A DNA stretch of 64,000 nucleotides from Deferribacterales bacterium (GTDB taxonomy: Bacteria > Chrysiogenota > Deferribacteres > Deferribacterales > Geovibrionaceae). The stretch spans positions 13,938-77,937 of the forward strand of contig JBFWMA010000011.1 of the NCBI GenBank assembly GCA_050251875.1, read 5' to 3'. The notes beneath the pieces were generated by a model. The model made no database searches. It worked only from the letters and a program-made list of their open reading frames with translations, and was not told the DNA's origin. Below are positions 59,559 through 64,000 of the stretch, in pieces. Each line of letters opens with the position of its first letter. Position 1 is the stretch's first letter. The translations under genes and the position numbers were made by a program.

Positions 59559-60143
59559 TTATCTAAGGCTGGAAAAATATTCAGACAGAGCAACTATCTG
59601 TTCTTCCGACATCTCTTTAACAACTGCCATCTCTTCAGATTCGATGAGACCTTCTTTATAGCGTTTCATCGCCTCTTCCATATAGCCTTTGTTCTGTCCG
59701 CCGATTCTGGGGAAAGCGTCAATGCCCTCGCCTTTTGCTCCGTGACAGTCAAAACAGCCGTTCTCCGCGGCAATTTTCTTACCTTTGGCAACGAGTTTTT
59801 TGTCTGTTTTGTTTGTGGAGTTGGTCCACTTTTTAGAGCCGTAATATGCTGAGATAGCCGCGAGCTGGTCTTCGCTGTATCCCTTCGCCACTATGGTCAT
59901 CTCCACGCTGCCTTTTCTATTGCCGGCGGCATAGTCCTTCATGGCCTTGGTCATATAGTCGGTGTTCTGTCCGCCTATTCTGGCGATATACTCACCCGGA
60001 GCATATCCGTTTGTGGCGTGGCACCCGGCGCAGGGTTTGCCCAGTCTCTCGCCCTCTGAAACCATCTGAGCGGCGAAAACCACAGCGGGAGTAATCACAG
60101 CCGCTGTTAAAGCACAATAAAAAAGCAATTTTAGTTTTCTCAT
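59559..60143 (-). CDS. Periplasmic diheme c-type cytochrome (FccA/c4-like)
   Basis: Signal peptide; CAGCH and CFDCH; two RIGGQN repeats. Confidence 0.88.
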   Translation of the reverse strand: MRKLKLLFYCALTAAVITPAVVFAAQMVSEGERLGKPCAGCHATNGYAPGEYIARIGGQNTDYMTKAMKDYAAGNRKGSVEMTIVAKGYSEDQLAAISAYYGSKKWTNSTNKTDKKLVAKGKKIAAENGCFDCHGAKGEGIDAFPRIGGQNKGYMEEAMKRYKEGLIESEEMAVVKEMSEEQIVALSEYFSSLR

Positions 60144-60403
60144 TCTTGCCTCCGATAAAGCGTATAAGAAAAAAATACCCTACAAATTTTCCGTTTGCAA
60201 AGGTATTTTCATACTTTTTTTACCTTTTTCATCTTTATTAATTTATAAGAAATTCCAAAAAACCGGTCACACAAATTATAAATTATGTTTTTTGTTTTTC
60301 CAATGCGGATAACTTATTTACATCACAATATATTTTTCAATATATATAAGTAGAGCGGTGAAAATATACACTAGCGTTATCAGTGTTTTTGTCAGAGAAT
60401 CAT

Positions 60404-60418
60404 TGTATATTGTATACA
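60404..60418. promoter_or_regulatory. TGTATATTGTATACA operator-like site in a divergent promoter region
   Basis: Matches the reverse complement of 54271-54284 over 14 bp. Confidence 0.6.
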
Positions 60419-60507
60419 AATAACCCTTGAAATTATATTCTTCTGGTGATATGTTTAGCTTCAGATATAAAACCAAAATTGATTTGGTTACTATAAGGAG
60501 TGTTGAA

Positions 60508-60840
60508 ATGTTTAAGAAAGCTACATTAGTTGTTCTTGCTCTTGCCTTCATGGCAACAAGCGTTTTCGCCTTCGACTTCAACGCAGGTGACGGCAGAAAA
60601 GGTAAAAGACTGTGGAAAAGATATCACACACAGTGCGCTGACGGCTCTACTCTTCCCCAAAAAGCCGGTGCTGCTACACGCACACAAGCTCAGTGGAAAG
60701 ACGCTTTCTCTAACCCTGCTAAACTTCCTTGCGGCGGTAAATGGAAAGACGGTATCAAAACAGAAGCTGATATGCAAGACGCATTCAGATATCTGTTCGA
60801 TCACGCTGCTGACTCTGATCAGCCCGAAACTTGTGGTTAA
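60508..60840 (+). CDS. Small exported cytochrome c-like protein lacking CXXCH
   Basis: AAGGAG RBS, signal peptide, GDGRKGK..., TQAQW, YLFDHAADSDQPETCG; YHTQCA where CxxCH would be expected. Confidence 0.75.
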   Translation: MFKKATLVVLALAFMATSVFAFDFNAGDGRKGKRLWKRYHTQCADGSTLPQKAGAATRTQAQWKDAFSNPAKLPCGGKWKDGIKTEADMQDAFRYLFDHAADSDQPETCG

Positions 60841-60868
60841 TAGATTCTCTGTTTAACAGAAAAATCAT

Positions 60869-60896
60869 AAAGGCGGTCATCTGACCGCCTTTTTTT
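60869..60896 (+). terminator. Terminator
   Basis: AAAGGCGGTCA-TC-TGACCGCCTTT plus T-run. Confidence 0.82.
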
Positions 60897-60908
60897 ATAG
60901 GTTATTTT

Positions 60909-61553
60909 ATGACAGTGAGCAAACTCTTCTGGACAGACCCCTATCTCAGCGAATGTGAAGCGGAAGTGACATCGGCGGACGGCGGCGTGATAACGCTGAG
61001 CCGGACTGTCGCCTATGCCTTTGAAGGCGGACAGCAGTCCGATTCCGGCACCATAGGCGGATATGAAATTTTAGAAGCTGTCAGAGACGGCAAAGAAATC
61101 TTTTATCACCTCACTGACGGACACGGTCTGAAAAAAGGCGACAGCGTGCACGTCAGCATCGACTGGGAAAAGAGATACCGCATCATGCGCCTGCACTTCG
61201 CCGCCGAGCTGGTTCTGGAACTGGTATATCAGAACTTCGGTCACCCGGAAAAGATCGGCGCCAATATCACAGATGAAAAAGCCCGGGTGGATTTCATGTG
61301 GGACGGAAACATATCCGAGACCTTTCCCGTCATAGAACCCATGCTGAAAGACATGATAGATAAAGATACGGACATCACCAGCGCTTTTGACGATGAAGAG
61401 ACCGAAAGAAGATACTGGAAGATAGAAGGTTTCGCGAAAGTGCCGTGCGGAGGCACCCACATCAGAAAGACATCAGAAGTCGGGCGTCTGGGGTTGAAAA
61501 GGGTTAACCCGGGAAAAGGAAAAGAGCGCATAGAGATCACGCTGAAAGATTAA
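60909..61553 (+). CDS. Alanyl-tRNA editing protein (AlaX family)
   Basis: LFWTDPY, GGQQSDSG, IDWEKRY..MRLH, PCGGTH..TSEVG. Confidence 0.88.
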   Translation: MTVSKLFWTDPYLSECEAEVTSADGGVITLSRTVAYAFEGGQQSDSGTIGGYEILEAVRDGKEIFYHLTDGHGLKKGDSVHVSIDWEKRYRIMRLHFAAELVLELVYQNFGHPEKIGANITDEKARVDFMWDGNISETFPVIEPMLKDMIDKDTDITSAFDDEETERRYWKIEGFAKVPCGGTHIRKTSEVGRLGLKRVNPGKGKERIEITLKD

Positions 61554-61580
61554 AAAAAAGGGAGCCGAAGCCCCCTTATG

Positions 61581-61916
61581 TTATTTTTGCTGAGTACCTT
61601 TGTTCTCTTGTTTTTCGCTGCCGCCGGACAGAATCTGGATCAGGTTTACCATCATCTTCTTCTGTTCGTTGAAAAGAGCCAGCAGGCTGTCATAGCTCTC
61701 TCCGAGCTGTTTTGACTGGCGCTGAATCTGCTCCAGACTTGTTTTAGCCTCAGAGAGCTCTTTCTCCAGCTTTTCTATCCTTTTTGTGTTGCTGGTCTGC
61801 TGTATCTCATATGTTCTGAGCTTGCCCTCGCTGGGCACCTCTGTCTGCTGAACAGCCGCCGCCCCGCATCCCGCCAGAGAGACCGCCATCAGGACAGCAG
61901 TAATAGTTTTTTTCAT
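61581..61916 (-). CDS. Small coiled-coil lipoprotein, hypothetical
   Basis: Start MKKTIT at 61916 after GAGG; lipobox LAGC; coiled coil. Confidence 0.75.
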   Translation of the reverse strand: MKKTITAVLMAVSLAGCGAAAVQQTEVPSEGKLRTYEIQQTSNTKRIEKLEKELSEAKTSLEQIQRQSKQLGESYDSLLALFNEQKKMMVNLIQILSGGSEKQENKGTQQK

Positions 61917-62017
61917 AGGATACCTCAAAAATGAATTTGTACGATATATCAATCTATCACTACCCTCGGTGTATATCAAGACCTTATCGGATTGTTGTTT
62001 CCGCCTCATTTTTCTTA

Positions 62018-62046
62018 TTGACACACTACCATGATTCTGATAGTCT
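62018..62046 (+). promoter_or_regulatory. rpsT promoter
   Basis: TTGACA-17 nt-TAGTCT with extended TG. Confidence 0.65.
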
Positions 62047-62080
62047 TTACCGCTCATGAAAAAATATTTGAGGTGAAGAC

Positions 62081-62350
62081 GTGGCTCATACAATCTCAGC
62101 ACTTAAGAGAATTCGTCAGAGCGAAAAGAAAAAGCTCAGAAACAAGTCATACAAGTCTAAAATGAGAACCATGGTAAAGAAATTCAACACAGCTGTTGAA
62201 GCAGGCGACACTCAGGTTACTGAAAAAGCCTACAAAGAAGCTGTCAGCACAATTTCTTCTATCGGCTCTAAAGGCGTAATCCACAAAAACCAAGTGGCTC
62301 GCCGCATGTCCAGACTTGCGCTTAAGATGAACGCTGCTAAATCAGCATAA
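62081..62350 (+). CDS. rpsT: 30S ribosomal protein S20
   Basis: SALKRIRQ..K..RN...KS.MRT..KK, KGVIHKN..AR..SRL; GTG start after GAGG. Confidence 0.95.
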   Translation: MAHTISALKRIRQSEKKKLRNKSYKSKMRTMVKKFNTAVEAGDTQVTEKAYKEAVSTISSIGSKGVIHKNQVARRMSRLALKMNAAKSA

Positions 62351-62376
62351 TCTTAAATTCCAACAAATCTAATATA

Positions 62377-62408
62377 AAAGGCCGGATCCTTTTGGGTTCG
62401 GCTTTTTT
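62377..62408 (+). terminator. Terminator after rpsT
   Basis: GGCCGGATCC-TTTT-GGGTTCGGCT plus T-run. Confidence 0.75.
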
Positions 62409-62417
62409 GTATCCATC

Positions 62418-63332
62418 ATGAAGATAGCCGTACTGAAATCAGGAGCCATAGGCGACCTGATCCTAATCACGCCAGCCCTTACGGCGCTGAGACACTTTTA
62501 TCCGGATGCGGATATAGACGTTCTCTGCCCGGCTGAATATTCATATGTTCTAGCACGCAATCCGCACATCACAAACATCAGAACATTCTCCATGACACGC
62601 ATACACAGCCCATACGCCAGATTTCCCGAAACCGTAAGAATTATCTCCATGCTGCGGGGATATGACGCCTCTGTTACGCTGAACACCGACAGGCGTTGGC
62701 AGACGCTGGCTCGGCTGGCTGGAATAAAAAAGAGAGCCGATATAAAGCCCGAAGGACACAGAGCGGACGACTGCGTAAGAGCCGTATCTGAGCTGACCGG
62801 AGCGCCTGCGTACAGAACCGGATATGTCTTTGTCCCTGAAACGTCAGACATAGCCCTCCCCGCCGAAAAATATATCGCCATCGCCCCAGGAGGCGGACAC
62901 AATATCAAGATGTCTTCCCCGCAGAAGATCTGGGACAAATACCCCGAACTTATAAATAGGATACTGCAAAATACAGGTTTCTCCGTTGTTCTTCTCGGAG
63001 ACAAGCACGACTCACTGCCGGTGATCGGCAGCAGAATTTATGATATGACCGGACGGACAACACTCTCCGACTGCCACAGGCTGATAAAAAACGCTGAAAG
63101 GTTCATAGGCAACGACAGCGGGCTTATGCACCTTGCCGCCTGCACGGGCACGCCGATAACGGCTATTTTCGGAGCGACAAATCCGGCGCACACCGCACCG
63201 GAAAGCGCCGTTGTGATATCGTCATCCCTCCCCTGCTCCCCCTGTGAAACAAAAGGACGTTTCCTCTGCTCAGAAAACAGATGCATGAGAGCTGTCAGCG
63301 TGGACGATGTTTTTTTGATACTCTCTAACTAA
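62418..63332 (+). CDS. Glycosyltransferase family 9 (LPS heptosyltransferase-like)
   Basis: AIGDLIL.TP, GRTTL, GNDSGLMHLA, IFGATNP, C.PC...C...CM. Confidence 0.9.
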   Translation: MKIAVLKSGAIGDLILITPALTALRHFYPDADIDVLCPAEYSYVLARNPHITNIRTFSMTRIHSPYARFPETVRIISMLRGYDASVTLNTDRRWQTLARLAGIKKRADIKPEGHRADDCVRAVSELTGAPAYRTGYVFVPETSDIALPAEKYIAIAPGGGHNIKMSSPQKIWDKYPELINRILQNTGFSVVLLGDKHDSLPVIGSRIYDMTGRTTLSDCHRLIKNAERFIGNDSGLMHLAACTGTPITAIFGATNPAHTAPESAVVISSSLPCSPCETKGRFLCSENRCMRAVSVDDVFLILSN

Positions 63333-63340
63333 GCGTTTTG

Positions 63341-63873
63341 TCAGTAATTGTCTATATTCTTCCACTGCCACACAGCGTGTCCAATAATATTCTTATATGG
63401 CTTTTCTTTTTTTGTGTTTATTTCAATTAGTTCATCTTCGAGATTAAGCGGCAACAAAATCAGATTATTTGCAGAAGTGACTCTTGCCTTTCTGAAAATA
63501 TATGCTTCACCAGATTTCTGATTAATCTTGAAAAGATATATTTTTTTATTGTCAATCTTTTCAGGCGGCGAATCATATATTGTCACCAGAACAATATCTC
63601 CATGAGACATAATCGGCATCATAGCACCACCATAAACAGTGAACGCATGCAAATTACGGTATTTTTCTCTTATGGTGCACGGAACAGCCATAAATGTTTT
63701 ATTTAAACAATCAATATATACCGCTCCGCTTTTATCAGCATTATTTGTACTGAACAGCGAAATATACTCATAATAGTCCTTTCCCACTACAAAACTAGCA
63801 TCGCTGTTACGCATATAAACACTTGGACTCTCAATATCAAATGGCACAGCGTTTTTCATTAACTCATTCTCGT
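63341..63873 (-). pseudogene. S24 peptidase / phage-repressor-like C-terminal fragment, probably interrupted by the IS
   Basis: AFTVYGGAMMP....GDIVLV, LLPLN, IIGHAVW; no HTH; AT-rich; IS end immediately upstream. Confidence 0.55.
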
Positions 63874-64000
63874 TATAGTGCCACCCCTTGTCAAGACAGC
63901 ATAAGTTGATTTCTTAATGTGTTTCTATGCCGCTATTCTCACCTGATTCATATGCACAGCCATAGGTTTCTTGTAACCCAAGGCAGAATGTAGTCTTTCG
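63874..64000 (-). mobile_element. Right end of an IS3-family insertion sequence (continues beyond the window)
   Basis: Minus-strand frame 63999-63925 reads ERLHSALGYKKP...* (IS3 integrase C-terminal RxHSxLGYxxP), followed by IR-like TGTCTTGACAAGGGGTGGCACTATA. Confidence 0.72.

Noticed and set aside
48579..60840. Selenocysteine (in-frame TGA) in the respiration locus
   Set aside because: The ORFs appear complete with Cys at catalytic positions; no read-through is needed
61917..62102. N-terminal extension of ORF 61581-62102
   Set aside because: Overlaps the rpsT promoter and start; the lipoprotein signal begins at 61916
63341..64000. Prophage
   Set aside because: Only a repressor-like fragment and an IS end; no other phage genes in the window
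1..64000. tRNA or rRNA genes
   Set aside because: No cloverleaf or rRNA signature noticed in the intergenic regions by eye

Overview
Bacterial chromosomal window, densely coding, roughly 45-50% GC by eye. The gene content points to an anaerobically respiring Deferribacterales-like organism (Denitrovibrio/Geovibrio/Seleniivibrio type). This is inferred from the eukaryote-type citrate synthase, the sucrose synthase cluster and the Psr-type molybdoenzyme, not from a search. In order: 3' part of livF, CBS-ACT gene, REP-like repeats, moaE, EamA, gltA, a divergent cobamide cluster with a CbiR-like remodelling gene, ftsEX-envC-S41 protease-YibQ-tsaD-dusB, tex, two tandem MCPs, small exported sulfur-carrier-like genes, a pfkB-SPS-sucrose synthase operon, ZTP riboswitch-glyA and two Cys-rich soluble histidine kinases. 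A ~13.5 kb chalcogen-respiration locus follows: mobA/mobB, triple-rhodanese lipoprotein, PsrABC/SrrABC-like molybdoenzyme, DUF3373-like porin, TorD-like chaperone, flavocytochrome c sulfide dehydrogenase and a cytochrome-like protein lacking CXXCH. The window ends with AlaX, rpsT, GT9 and an S24 gene interrupted by the end of an IS3-family element. Most notable: the respiration locus and its shared GTATACA-heptamer operator (also upstream of gltA), a ~130-bp dispersed element with compensatory base changes, and a cobS gene with no canonical start codon. All product calls come from motif recognition in the translations; no database search was run.
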